A stretch of DNA of 64,000 bases from Promethearchaeota archaeon. Lineage in GTDB: Archaea > Asgardarchaeota > Lokiarchaeia > Sigyniarchaeales > SOKP01. A model generated the notes under the pieces. It was not told the origin of the DNA. It saw only the letters and a list, made by a program, of their open reading frames with translations, and did no database searches. This document shows positions 49,265 to 59,300 of this stretch, in pieces; position 1 is the stretch's first letter; the number at the start of each line of letters is the position of its first letter. Made by a program: the position numbers and the translations under genes. The stretch is taken from positions 1 through 64,000 of the forward strand of contig JAEOUA010000004.1 in NCBI GenBank assembly GCA_016839555.1. Reading direction: 5' to 3'.

Positions 49265-49951
49265 ATGAATAACAAGAAAAATCAAAATGATCCACTAAGA
49301 GTAGTCGGACGTGCTAGAGGATATTCTCATAAAGAATTAGTCCAAAATTTACCCCGCCATAAAGATTTTACTACAGATCTCATCCAAAAGATGAAAAAAA
49401 TTCCTGAAGTTGTGCTTCGGAATTCTGGGACTATCTTAGCAAAAAAACTTATAAGAATGATGAAAGAACTTAATACAGAAGCCTATCGAGCAAAACAATT
49501 TACACGCACAAAATTGAATGATCGCGGGGTCTTATACGGGATAGTCTTACTGAAACATAAAATAATGGATATAGTTTTGAATTACTTTCATAAAAGATGG
49601 CCACAATGCATAATATGTCTTTATAATGAATATACTCATAAAACATCAATAATTAACGAGAAGGGAAGTATTCAAGAAACTGAGAATCCTCTCAATGAAA
49701 TTATTGAACAAATCAGTAAAAACAGAAAATCTATTCCATATTTTAAGGATATTCAATTTTCGGGAAATAAAATATATGAGATCCTATATAAATCCCAAAT
49801 TATTGAAGAGCGAGATAATCCCAATTATTTTAAACAAATGATACCAGAAAGTTGTTATAAACTTCCTGGAATGAGAGGAGGGGTTGAAATAAGGTTCAAT
49901 TACCAAAAAAAAATTTTAGATCATTTCTTAAAATCCCCTGAAGATGTTTAA
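49265..49951 (+). CDS. DUF4130 / TIGR03915-like partner of the repair radical SAM protein (divergent)
   Basis: Co-directional 9 nt downstream; EAYRAKQFTR, H.I....YFHKRWP, LYKSQIIEERDNP..FKQMIP pattern. Confidence 0.7.
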   Translation: MNNKKNQNDPLRVVGRARGYSHKELVQNLPRHKDFTTDLIQKMKKIPEVVLRNSGTILAKKLIRMMKELNTEAYRAKQFTRTKLNDRGVLYGIVLLKHKIMDIVLNYFHKRWPQCIICLYNEYTHKTSIINEKGSIQETENPLNEIIEQISKNRKSIPYFKDIQFSGNKIYEILYKSQIIEERDNPNYFKQMIPESCYKLPGMRGGVEIRFNYQKKILDHFLKSPEDV

Positions 49952-49994
49952 GTAATATTGAGACATTATAAAAGTATAAAAATCGTATCAAAAC

Positions 49995-50498
49995 CTATGA
50001 ATATACAATTTTCACTTGATCCCCTTCTTTAAGAATGGAAGCTAAATCTTTAGACCTATTTTCATTAACAAAAATCTGTAATCTATTAAAATCATCTAAG
50101 ATATTAAGTTTTTTAAGTAAATATCTAAGATTGCTACCCATTGGTATACTTAAGAATGCTTCTGATCTATTAAATTTTTCTTCTATATTCTTAGGTAATT
50201 GAATGCGAATTCGAATTGAATTATTTTTTTCTATCTCCGCGAAAATTAAACCCATATTTTTAGGGAAAATTCCGACTCGATCACCTTCATGAAGTATTGT
50301 TCCCATACCGCAATATTTTCCATTCACGAAAATATGACTGATTTCATTCTCCTCTAAACCAAATTTCTTTAAGATATCATAAATTGTATAAATTTTTTCC
50401 TCTGTATTCAGATTTATTTTGACTGGGCTTCCAGGAGTAATATTATTTGATCTTATTTTAGTTTTTAAATTTCCAAATAAAAGTAAATTAATATTCAT
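49995..50498 (-). CDS. Tandem MoaD/ThiS (ubiquitin-like beta-grasp) domain protein
   Basis: Two repeats of TI.DIL..FGL/IFVNG...LHEGDRV and LRYLL..LNI/IFVNE...LKEGDQV; SD GGTGA. Confidence 0.8.
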   Translation of the reverse strand: MNINLLLFGNLKTKIRSNNITPGSPVKINLNTEEKIYTIYDILKKFGLEENEISHIFVNGKYCGMGTILHEGDRVGIFPKNMGLIFAEIEKNNSIRIRIQLPKNIEEKFNRSEAFLSIPMGSNLRYLLKKLNILDDFNRLQIFVNENRSKDLASILKEGDQVKIVYS

Positions 50499-50735
50499 TT
50501 AATTCACCTAATAAGAGTATATTATACTAAATCAAATAATAGCAATTGAAATTACCTTATAAAAATTTAGCTTAACATGTTCAAAAGTTAAAAAAAACGG
50601 TTCTCTCTTGATTCCTCCTATAGAGAAGATCATCAAAAGAATTAATTTAAAAAAAATAGATAAAATATTTCTTAAATTATTAAGTATTAAGAATTCTTTA
50701 TTAGACTTGAAATTTATATAAGATATCTTTTTAAA

Positions 50736-51998
50736 ATGAAAAGAGTAGAGCTTTTAGCCCCAGCGAAAAACTTTAAAGCAATAAAAGCTGCTTCGGAATA
50801 TGCGGATTCTGTCTATTTTGGGCTGGAAAACTATAATATGAGAATGAGATCCGAAAATATTCATATTAAAGATTTATGGAAAATCATGGATTTTTGTGAA
50901 TATCATAATCTTAAAGCATATCTTGCAACTAATATCCTTCTCTATGATGAAGAATTGCATGAAACAGAAAAAATAATTAAAATTTCTTATGAAGCAGGAG
51001 TGAATGCCGTAATTGTACATGATTTAGCAGCTATGGAGATCGCGAAACGGATCGGAATCCCATTTCATGTGTCTACTCAATGTAATGTATCAAATTCTCT
51101 TTCAGCTCGATTTTACGAAAGATTGGGGGCAGAACGTATCATTTTAGCTCGCGAGTTATCTTTAGAAAAAATTAAAGAAATTAAAAGAAATTTAGTCTCA
51201 ACAGAAATAGAAACATTTATACATGGTGCGATGTGTACCTCCATAAGTGGAAGATGTTATTTTTCCCAGGATATATGTGAGACCCCAGAAAAATCTGCCA
51301 ATAGGGGAAATTGCATTCAACCTTGTAGAAGGAGATGGTGGGTAAAGGACGCGGAAAGTCATGAATATATATATGATGGAGTCCGTTTTATGAATTCTCG
51401 TGATTTATGTACTATTGCTTATATACCCGATTTAATTGAAGCTAATATTGATGCTTTTAAGATTGAAGGTCGCATGCGGCACCCCCATTATGTAGAAATC
51501 GTAAGTAAAATATATCGGGAAGCTATTGATGCCTATTATGAGGGAACGTTTAATAAAGATAAAGTTGGTAAATGGATTACTGAGTTAAAAAGAGTATATA
51601 ATCGTGGTTTCACGCCTGGGTTTTATTTTAAAAGAATGACCGAAGAAGATCATCAACACAATTATCCCTATAATCTCTCTCATTATCGGTATATAAAAGT
51701 AGGAGAAATAATAAATTATGATGATAAATCTAGATTAGCAACTATAAAAATAAATAATGGTTATATAGAAAGAGGAGCAGACGTTATTATCATGGGAAGA
51801 AAAACAGATACATATATTCATCAGAATGCTTTACATATTTTATATAATAATAAAAAGGTGAAAAAAAGCCCGCGCGGAACACATAATGATCCTATTTTAA
51901 TAGAAATGAGATTAGAAAAACCTCTAAATCAAAATGGAAAAAATAATGTGTATGTCTTTACTAATAGGACTTATTCCAAACAAAAATATTCTTTATAA
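50736..51998 (+). CDS. Peptidase U32 family protein (probable RNA hydroxylation factor)
   Basis: ELLAPA, HVSTQ, LARELS, FIHGAMC.SISGRC, NRGNC.QPCR, KIEGR. Confidence 0.93.
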   Translation: MKRVELLAPAKNFKAIKAASEYADSVYFGLENYNMRMRSENIHIKDLWKIMDFCEYHNLKAYLATNILLYDEELHETEKIIKISYEAGVNAVIVHDLAAMEIAKRIGIPFHVSTQCNVSNSLSARFYERLGAERIILARELSLEKIKEIKRNLVSTEIETFIHGAMCTSISGRCYFSQDICETPEKSANRGNCIQPCRRRWWVKDAESHEYIYDGVRFMNSRDLCTIAYIPDLIEANIDAFKIEGRMRHPHYVEIVSKIYREAIDAYYEGTFNKDKVGKWITELKRVYNRGFTPGFYFKRMTEEDHQHNYPYNLSHYRYIKVGEIINYDDKSRLATIKINNGYIERGADVIIMGRKTDTYIHQNALHILYNNKKVKKSPRGTHNDPILIEMRLEKPLNQNGKNNVYVFTNRTYSKQKYSL

Positions 51999-52007
51999 GC
52001 ATTAAAA

Positions 52008-53741
52008 TTAAATAATGATTTTCACATCTTTTTCTTCTAATTTTTTCAAAATTTTGGGTTTTTCAACAAAAGTATTTTTTTGAATATCAAGATGTTTTAA
52101 ATTATCAATTTCTTTTATAGATTGGGGAATATTAGTTAATTTATTGGATTTAAGAAGGAGATATTCAAGAGAATTAAGTGAACCAATAGAATTTGGAATA
52201 TTTTCTAATTTATTATTACTCAAATTTAAATATTCTAAATTTTTAAGTAAGCCAAATGTTTCTGGAATTTCTATAAAATCATTATAATAAAGATATAAAA
52301 ACTTTAATGATTTTAATTCCCCAATAGAATCTGGTATTCTAGATAAAGCATTTTTCCCTAAATCCAAAGTATTTAAATTATTTAATTGACCTATAGACTC
52401 CGGAATTTTAACCAATCGATTAAATCCTAAGATTAAATATCTAAGAGAGCGTAAATTCCCGATACATTCTGGAATTGTTTCTAATTTATTAGTAGATAGA
52501 TCTAATTCCTTTAAACTTTCAAGCTCACAAAGAGAATCAGGTAATTCTTCAATATTATTACTACTTAAGTCTAATATTTCTAATCCCTTCATATTTCCAA
52601 TTGATTGGGGGACAGTTTTTAGTCTATTATCATATAAAAATAATTCCTTTAAGGAGCTCAAATTTCTAATTGCATTTGGTAGTTCTGTGATATTATTTTG
52701 TGTTAGTTTCAAAGATAATAATTTCTGTAGTGATCCTATAGAATTTGGTAAAGAGGCAAGTTCATTATTATCTATCAATAAATATTGCAAATCTTTCAGA
52801 TTTCCAATAGTTTCTGGTAGCTGCATTAATTGATTTCGTTGAAGATCAAATCTTATTAGGGATTTTAGATTCCCTATCGAATTTGGTAAATTTTTAAGAT
52901 GATTATTTCCCAAACTTAAATTATCCAAATCATATAATTTCCCAATAGAATCTGGAAGCTCTCTTAAATAATTAGAATTTAGTCCTAAATAATTTAAATT
53001 CTCTAATAAACCAATTGAGTTTGGAAGTTCTTGAAGATAATTACCCTTCAGAAAGCATGAAGATAAAGATTCTAAGGAACCAAATGAAGAGGGAAGTGCA
53101 GTCAAGTTATTATTTCTAATGTTCAACCGTTTAAGACATTTAAGAGAACCAATTGTGTCTGGAAGAGTTTTTAAATTGTTATTTCCCAAGTATAAAAACT
53201 GGAGAGCATCTAAAGAACCTATGGATTTGGGTAAACTATTAATCTCGTTATTACTTAAATCAAGAAATTTTAAGCTTTTTAAACCTCCAATAGATTCAGG
53301 GATTTGGTTAATTTTATTACCGCTAAGATCTAAAAATTCAAGTTGTTCACACTCTCCAATAGTTTCTGGAATGGTTTTTATTTCATTAGTTTCAAGATGT
53401 AATTCTTTAAGCGATTTTAACAAATATATCTCATCTAAAATGTAATTTAATCGATTTTCACTCAAATCTAGAAATTGAAGTTCTTTTAGAGAAAATATTT
53501 CTTGAGAAAGGGTTGTTATATTATTTCCCCTTAAATACAATCTTTTAAGATGTTGGAATTCTTCAATGTTTTTTGGAATATTTTCAAAACTACAAGAAAA
53601 TAGACTTAATCTCGTTATATGGTTTTCAATTGCTTTATATCCGATTAAATAAGGTCTTAGCTCCGTTACATTTGGTATAGACCCACCAATTTTTATCTCA
53701 AGATTTCTTAAATTTTTTCTTTCTTCAATTGATAAATCCAT
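52008..53741 (-). CDS. Leucine-rich repeat protein (about 22 repeats of 23 aa)
   Basis: Consensus LxxLxLxxNxLxxLPxSIGxL repeated throughout; short N-cap. Confidence 0.95.
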   Translation of the reverse strand: MDLSIEERKNLRNLEIKIGGSIPNVTELRPYLIGYKAIENHITRLSLFSCSFENIPKNIEEFQHLKRLYLRGNNITTLSQEIFSLKELQFLDLSENRLNYILDEIYLLKSLKELHLETNEIKTIPETIGECEQLEFLDLSGNKINQIPESIGGLKSLKFLDLSNNEINSLPKSIGSLDALQFLYLGNNNLKTLPDTIGSLKCLKRLNIRNNNLTALPSSFGSLESLSSCFLKGNYLQELPNSIGLLENLNYLGLNSNYLRELPDSIGKLYDLDNLSLGNNHLKNLPNSIGNLKSLIRFDLQRNQLMQLPETIGNLKDLQYLLIDNNELASLPNSIGSLQKLLSLKLTQNNITELPNAIRNLSSLKELFLYDNRLKTVPQSIGNMKGLEILDLSSNNIEELPDSLCELESLKELDLSTNKLETIPECIGNLRSLRYLILGFNRLVKIPESIGQLNNLNTLDLGKNALSRIPDSIGELKSLKFLYLYYNDFIEIPETFGLLKNLEYLNLSNNKLENIPNSIGSLNSLEYLLLKSNKLTNIPQSIKEIDNLKHLDIQKNTFVEKPKILKKLEEKDVKIII

Positions 53742-53863
53742 TTTAGTAATCAGAAGGTATTATTGATAATTTTTAATAATTCGCTATTTATCAATAAATA
53801 ATATTTAATATTTAAATATATTAAGCTTTAGAAAATAGAAAAGAATAAAAAAAAAGAATTAAC

Positions 53864-55060
53864 TTAGAAATCTATATCCTTTCCTTCAAAGGCATATCTA
53901 TAGATCTTTTTAATTTGTTCAGCATTAATTGAGCGAGGTGCCATAGTAATGGTTGGGTCTTGAAAACTTAATTCCACCATCATATCTAGGTTTGTCTCCA
54001 TATCTTCCTTAGATACTCCTGTCTCAGCAAAATTTTTAGGAAAATCTACCTTATCTTGTAATTCTTTAATTTTTCTTACAACTGAATATGCCGCATCATC
54101 AATAGAATCTGCCCATTCAGACCATCCTAATTGCCTTGCCATTTTAGCATAAATATTTTTTACTTCATCACTTTCAGGATTATTTAAAAGATATTGGACT
54201 ATATAACTAGTTAAAATTCCAACTGCTTCTCCATGGGCACATTTAAAGATACTTCCCCAACTATGGGCAAGAGAGTGACCAATATGAACGCTAGAATTAC
54301 CCATTGCTATTCCTGCTATTGTTGCTGCTTGATGGAGCATATCTCTTGCTTCCATATTATCATTTTTGTTATATACTTTGGGAAGATATTCAAATATTAA
54401 TTCTATTGCTTTTAAACCTAAAGCATTCGAGAACTCATTACGCCAAGTATTTGCGAAGTTCTCAAACGAATGAGCTAGCGCATCAAAGGCAGTGTTAAGA
54501 GTTAATCTAGGAGGCATTCCCGCTGGAAAAATGGGATCTAAAATGGTATATGAAGATACTAAACCTTTATGTGCATGAATTAATTTTTTCCAAATTCCCT
54601 CTTCTTTTTTAGAGATAATTATCGCAAATGTATTATCGGCACCAGTTCCCGAAGTCGTAGGTATGGAAATAAGCTGGGTTTTTTTGCCTAAATTATACAA
54701 TTCGGAATTCATTGGATATAGATCATCTAGAGTATATTCTGGATAATCATATAACGCTAATACAGCTTTAGCAACATCCATGACCGAACCACCACCCAAA
54801 GCAATAATTAAATCCGGTTGATAGGAAAGACATTGTTCTCTCGCTTCTAATACATCTTCTTCATGGGGATCTGGGTGAACGCCCGTATAGATCTCATATT
54901 CTCTTCCAAGACTTTTTAATTTTTTAGTTAAAATATCGACATATCCCAAATCTTTCATAACGTCATCAGTAACTATAAAACATTTTTTTCCAGCAATATT
55001 TTCTAAAAAATCTAAGGCATTTTCCCCATAAATTACTTTTGAAGGCCAAAAATACCACAA
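53864..55060 (-). CDS. Iron-containing alcohol dehydrogenase
   Basis: GGGSVMDVAK, PTTSGTG, DALAH..E, HSLAH, HG; TTG start with GGTGA SD. Confidence 0.95.
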   Translation of the reverse strand: MWYFWPSKVIYGENALDFLENIAGKKCFIVTDDVMKDLGYVDILTKKLKSLGREYEIYTGVHPDPHEEDVLEAREQCLSYQPDLIIALGGGSVMDVAKAVLALYDYPEYTLDDLYPMNSELYNLGKKTQLISIPTTSGTGADNTFAIIISKKEEGIWKKLIHAHKGLVSSYTILDPIFPAGMPPRLTLNTAFDALAHSFENFANTWRNEFSNALGLKAIELIFEYLPKVYNKNDNMEARDMLHQAATIAGIAMGNSSVHIGHSLAHSWGSIFKCAHGEAVGILTSYIVQYLLNNPESDEVKNIYAKMARQLGWSEWADSIDDAAYSVVRKIKELQDKVDFPKNFAETGVSKEDMETNLDMMVELSFQDPTITMAPRSINAEQIKKIYRYAFEGKDIDF

Positions 55061-55259
55061 AAATTATTCACCTTAAAAATTTTTTAATTATTGTTATTTG
55101 TAATTTGTTATAGATATAACTTATATAATTAAATTTTTCTCACCTTAAATAATTCAGATTGGAAATAAAAAGTATAATAGATGTCAAAACTTTAAAGGTT
55201 CTATAAGATTCATTTTTCAGTTTTAAAGTAATATTTAATTATTAGTAGAAAGTATAAAA

Positions 55260-56111
55260 TTATTTAAGGAATTTTAAATGGATTATGCGTGCTGTTTTTA
55301 ACCAATTAGAAATTCTATTCATAAGCTTTGTTTTGAATTTCCAATTTTTATTAATTGATGTACGATCCCCGATAACATAACAATCTTTTATCTCAATTTT
55401 ATTTGACCATTTAGGAATTGAGTTATATGGATCATCAATCGCAAATTTAAATCTTAATTCACTTTTAGCTCTCTTAGCTCTTTTATTCGCAACTTTTAAC
55501 GCTAAGTTCGAGACCGCATCAAATATTATTTCTCTAGCTGGGAATCGATTTGCTAACTTTTTCAAGAAAGCGGATATCTCTTCTTCATTAAAATAATAAA
55601 TAAAGCCTCCTGCGATAAGAAATATACCCTTGTTCTCTGAAAAATTAATTTCATCCATCCAATCATTATTAAATACTGATCGCGCAATGTTTCGATTTCT
55701 TTCAGTTTCTTCAATTAATTTTTCTCGAAAGTTAATTACATTATGCAAATCTATGTTATACATTGTAATTTTGCCATTATCAACTCGAAAAAATGTAGTA
55801 TCGAGTCCAGCTCCTATATTTATAACTGTCGAATAAGGATAATTCTTTAAATAATTCTTTAAAGCATCATCAAAACTTCGTGCTCTTATCATTAATCCAA
55901 TAGAACGCCATTCTCCTAAGATTTGATCCATTTCTGAAAAATTATAATCAATTTTTTTAATAATTTCAATCGCTTTTTGGTCATTTAACAAACTGGGATA
56001 TAATTGAGAATAGATTGCGCGAGCCCATAAAGGACCAAGCATTGTTTCTTCAATACTCCCTTTTTTAATATCAAATTCATTGATATATTTTTCTTTACGT
56101 GCCATTTTCAA
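55260..56111 (-). CDS. SAM-dependent methyltransferase, LCM/TcmP-like
   Basis: ETML.PLWARA, RARSFD, VINIGAGLDT, ID...VI. Confidence 0.88.
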   Translation of the reverse strand: MKMARKEKYINEFDIKKGSIEETMLGPLWARAIYSQLYPSLLNDQKAIEIIKKIDYNFSEMDQILGEWRSIGLMIRARSFDDALKNYLKNYPYSTVINIGAGLDTTFFRVDNGKITMYNIDLHNVINFREKLIEETERNRNIARSVFNNDWMDEINFSENKGIFLIAGGFIYYFNEEEISAFLKKLANRFPAREIIFDAVSNLALKVANKRAKRAKSELRFKFAIDDPYNSIPKWSNKIEIKDCYVIGDRTSINKNWKFKTKLMNRISNWLKTARIIHLKFLK

Positions 56112-56303
56112 ACTTTATACACTATTTTCTATTTACAATTTATTTCAACTTTTAATCACTATAAATATTTTAAATGATTTTTATTAGAATTGAATTTTAC
56201 TATAATTATATTTTTAGTAATTTGAAAAAACTTTAATAAAATAAATAAAAAATATCAATATTAAAATAAGTGTTATTTTATTATTGTTATGAGCTAAGCA
56301 TAT

Positions 56304-57347
56304 ATGACACGGTTAATTAAAGGGTTGGTGTATATAGAATTCCTTGATATTAAAGGCGTCACCCCTACTGTTTGGCTCCCCGAAGAATTAGATGAACAAT
56401 TAAGAGTACTATGCGGAATTAAAGCGGTTTCCTTACTCACGGGAGAAGACAATCATATTCCGAAGTCACTAATTACTATACCCTTTCCTTCTCGGAATTT
56501 AAAAGCAATCATTAAATTCATAAAATGGAAGGATCAAGATAGGCGAGGAGAAATTGGCCAATCTTCACTTTTTTTACTGTTTAATGAAGCTGATGATGCG
56601 ATCTTTTATAAAGCACAAAAATATCTTGAAGAAGTTTTTAATGAGCTTATAGAAGAAATCATATATATTGAAAAACACTCATCAGATAAATTAAAATTAG
56701 CTCACATTATTTCAGAATTTCAAACTCAAATTGATTTTATTCTAACAGATTTAAAACAAAAAGAAATTTCTAAGAGAAAGATTGAAGAATTTCCTTCTTT
56801 AAGAAAAGAAGGTGCTTTAACAACAGAAAATATTGATCTAAAATTAAAAACAATAGTTTGTGGAGATCCAATGGTTGGCAAGACTTCTATCATATTAAGA
56901 TTAACGGATGATGCGTTTACAAGAACATATTTACCTACATTGGGTGTAAATATATCTGAAAAGATGATAAAAATTGATGGAAACTACATTCAATTAGTAT
57001 TTTGGGATTTAGCAGGGCAATCAAAATTCAATTCTATGCGCATTCACTATTATCAAGGAGCAGAAGTAGTATTATTGGTTTTTGATCTGACAAATAAGGA
57101 CAGTTTTAAGAATATTAATAAATGGTATGAAGATATTCAGAAGAATTTTAAAAATAAAAAGGAATTAATTGGATTTCTGATTGGAAATAAAAATGACTTA
57201 AATGAAAAAAGATTAATTGAACAAAATAATGCTTTAGAACTTGCAGAGAAGTTAAATCTGCAATATTTCGAAACTTCTGCATTAACCGGTGAAAATATTC
57301 AAGACATGTTTGAGATTATAGGAAAAAAGTTTCTGGAAATTATTTAA
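56304..57347 (+). CDS. Rab-like small GTPase fused to an N-terminal longin/uDENN-like domain
   Basis: C-terminal GDPMVGKTS, YLPTLG, WDLAGQ, YYQGA, NKND, ETSA; N-terminal ~170 aa alpha/beta domain starting GLVYIEFLDIKG.TP. Confidence 0.88.
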   Translation: MTRLIKGLVYIEFLDIKGVTPTVWLPEELDEQLRVLCGIKAVSLLTGEDNHIPKSLITIPFPSRNLKAIIKFIKWKDQDRRGEIGQSSLFLLFNEADDAIFYKAQKYLEEVFNELIEEIIYIEKHSSDKLKLAHIISEFQTQIDFILTDLKQKEISKRKIEEFPSLRKEGALTTENIDLKLKTIVCGDPMVGKTSIILRLTDDAFTRTYLPTLGVNISEKMIKIDGNYIQLVFWDLAGQSKFNSMRIHYYQGAEVVLLVFDLTNKDSFKNINKWYEDIQKNFKNKKELIGFLIGNKNDLNEKRLIEQNNALELAEKLNLQYFETSALTGENIQDMFEIIGKKFLEII

Positions 57348-57398
57348 AAACTAAAAAATAAACCTTTATACTTAAAAAATAAAAAATAAATGGACTAT

Positions 57399-58532
57399 TT
57401 AATTAGTGGAAATTTTATTTAATCTTTGAGCAGATATTACATCTGTAAGGGTTTCTAACATTTCTTCCAAATCTTTTATTGTTATTTCACCCATATGACC
57501 AATTCTAAATGTTTTATTTGCAAGATCACCGTATCCATTCACAATTCTATATCCTTTTGAGAGCATTTCATTAACCATCTTTCCGCAATCTAAATTGATT
57601 GAATTTCTCATCGTTGATACCGTATTGGATTCATATCCCTTTTCAGGGAACATCTCTAAATTCATATCTCGTGCCCAAATTCGCGTTCGTTTTCCTAACC
57701 GTGTATGGCGTATAAATCTATTTTCGATCCCCTCTTCATTTAAAATATAATCTAATTGCGCAACTAATGCGCGTATTTGTGGTATAGGAGGCGTGGTGGG
57801 TGTTTCATTTGAATTGCTCTTCTTTTTAAAATACACAAAATCAAAATAAAACCCTCTATTTTCTACTTTTTCCGCTTTTTCTAATGCATGTTGTGATATC
57901 GATGCTATGGCTAATCCAGGAGGTAAGGCTAAGCATTTTTGAACGGATGCCAGACATACATCAATCCTTAATTTATCGATTTCAATTTTAACTCCAGCAA
58001 TAGAAGAAGTTGTATCAACGCACACTAAAGCGCCAGAATCTTTAATTATTGGTATAATTTCTTCCATAGGATTATATACTCCTGTTGAAGTTTCATTCGA
58101 CTGCAGAAAAACAGCGCTGTAATGATCTTTTGAGAGAATATCTTTTACAATTTCTGGTTTTAATGCTTTACCCCATTCAACACCTTCCTTAATCGCGTTC
58201 TTTCCATTTTTTACCCCTATTTCATACCATCTATCCCCAAATGCTCCTATTGAGAGAAATAACGCTTTTTCATCCTTATTAACAAGATTCCTTACACATG
58301 CTTCCATAATCCCTGTTGCGCTAGAAGTGAAAATAAAACAGTCATTCTCAGTATATAAAAGCTTTTGAATGCCTTCTCTTGCTTGTTTATGCATTTCTTG
58401 ATAGGGAACAGAACGATGAGTGTCATTTGGTTTTGATAATTCTTTTAAAACCCACTCTGGCACAAATACGGGTCCAGGTGTAAATAATTTTAGTTTTGAC
58501 CCTTGATCTTTATTAAAATGAATATCAGCCAT
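57399..58532 (-). CDS. Class V PLP aminotransferase (alanine/serine-glyoxylate aminotransferase-like)
   Basis: LFTPGP, HRS, NETSTG, DTTSS, SVQKCLALPPG, FRIGHMG. Confidence 0.93.
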   Translation of the reverse strand: MADIHFNKDQGSKLKLFTPGPVFVPEWVLKELSKPNDTHRSVPYQEMHKQAREGIQKLLYTENDCFIFTSSATGIMEACVRNLVNKDEKALFLSIGAFGDRWYEIGVKNGKNAIKEGVEWGKALKPEIVKDILSKDHYSAVFLQSNETSTGVYNPMEEIIPIIKDSGALVCVDTTSSIAGVKIEIDKLRIDVCLASVQKCLALPPGLAIASISQHALEKAEKVENRGFYFDFVYFKKKSNSNETPTTPPIPQIRALVAQLDYILNEEGIENRFIRHTRLGKRTRIWARDMNLEMFPEKGYESNTVSTMRNSINLDCGKMVNEMLSKGYRIVNGYGDLANKTFRIGHMGEITIKDLEEMLETLTDVISAQRLNKISTN

Positions 58533-58632
58533 AATTGTTTCATAAAAGAAAAATTAGCAAGGAATAAATACTTTTTCTAATACCACTCTAATAATGAGAT
58601 ATTGTATGAGGTTTTCAAATTATTATTTTAGT

Positions 58633-59280
58633 TTAATATTTTTGCTTAATTTGATTATTTTCAAACACAAAATAAGATTTAATTTTATTAATTTGTCCAT
58701 TTTTTTGTTCTAATTGATTTAGCTCAACTTTTATATCGCCATTCTTTGAGTTCAAAATAAGGTGAATGAAAGAGGGTATCCCACTTGCTATAAATGACCA
58801 TGCGCCTGTAATACTTCCGGGATTTAGCAATAAAATACCACTTTTTCTGAGCACAACTTCCTCCTGATGAGTATGCCCCGATATTAAGATATTATATCCT
58901 TTATTTCTTGCTAAAGCTTCTAGTTCTGCATGATTACCCCTATTTCTAATTTCTGAACCATGAGTCATTCCAATAATTACTTTTTCTTGATTAATTTCAT
59001 TTATAGAAATTTCTAAGTTTTGATAAATAGGATAATCTCTCTTTCCTGCATAATAATCCATGTTTCCCATAACTCTAAATAGAGGCTTTTTAGTTTTTGA
59101 CTCAAGAAAACTAATAAATTCTTCATAATTAATTAAATCTCCGGTAAAAAATGTATAATCAAATAATTCTTGATTTGCTAAATTGCTGATATCATCTAAT
59201 ATAGCTTTTGGAATTTCTCTAGCCCTGTTAGGTATATGAGAATCACCAAGTATCAATATATGATATTCGGTCATAAGCAA
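58633..59280 (-). CDS. YfcE/MJ0936-family metallophosphoesterase, Vps29-like
   Basis: LGDSHIPNR, TGDL, GNMD, THG, ILISGHTH, NPGSITGA, PSF. Confidence 0.88.
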   Translation of the reverse strand: MLMTEYHILILGDSHIPNRAREIPKAILDDISNLANQELFDYTFFTGDLINYEEFISFLESKTKKPLFRVMGNMDYYAGKRDYPIYQNLEISINEINQEKVIIGMTHGSEIRNRGNHAELEALARNKGYNILISGHTHQEEVVLRKSGILLLNPGSITGAWSFIASGIPSFIHLILNSKNGDIKVELNQLEQKNGQINKIKSYFVFENNQIKQKY

Positions 59281-59300
59281 TTTAACACTTCCAAAATAAT

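Noticed and set aside
50595-50640. AUGA-containing weak hairpin on the minus strand upstream of the MoaD-like gene, as a possible second SECIS
   Set aside because: No correctly placed GA on the 3' arm, no clean apical AA, and no upstream TGA-containing ORF on that strand.
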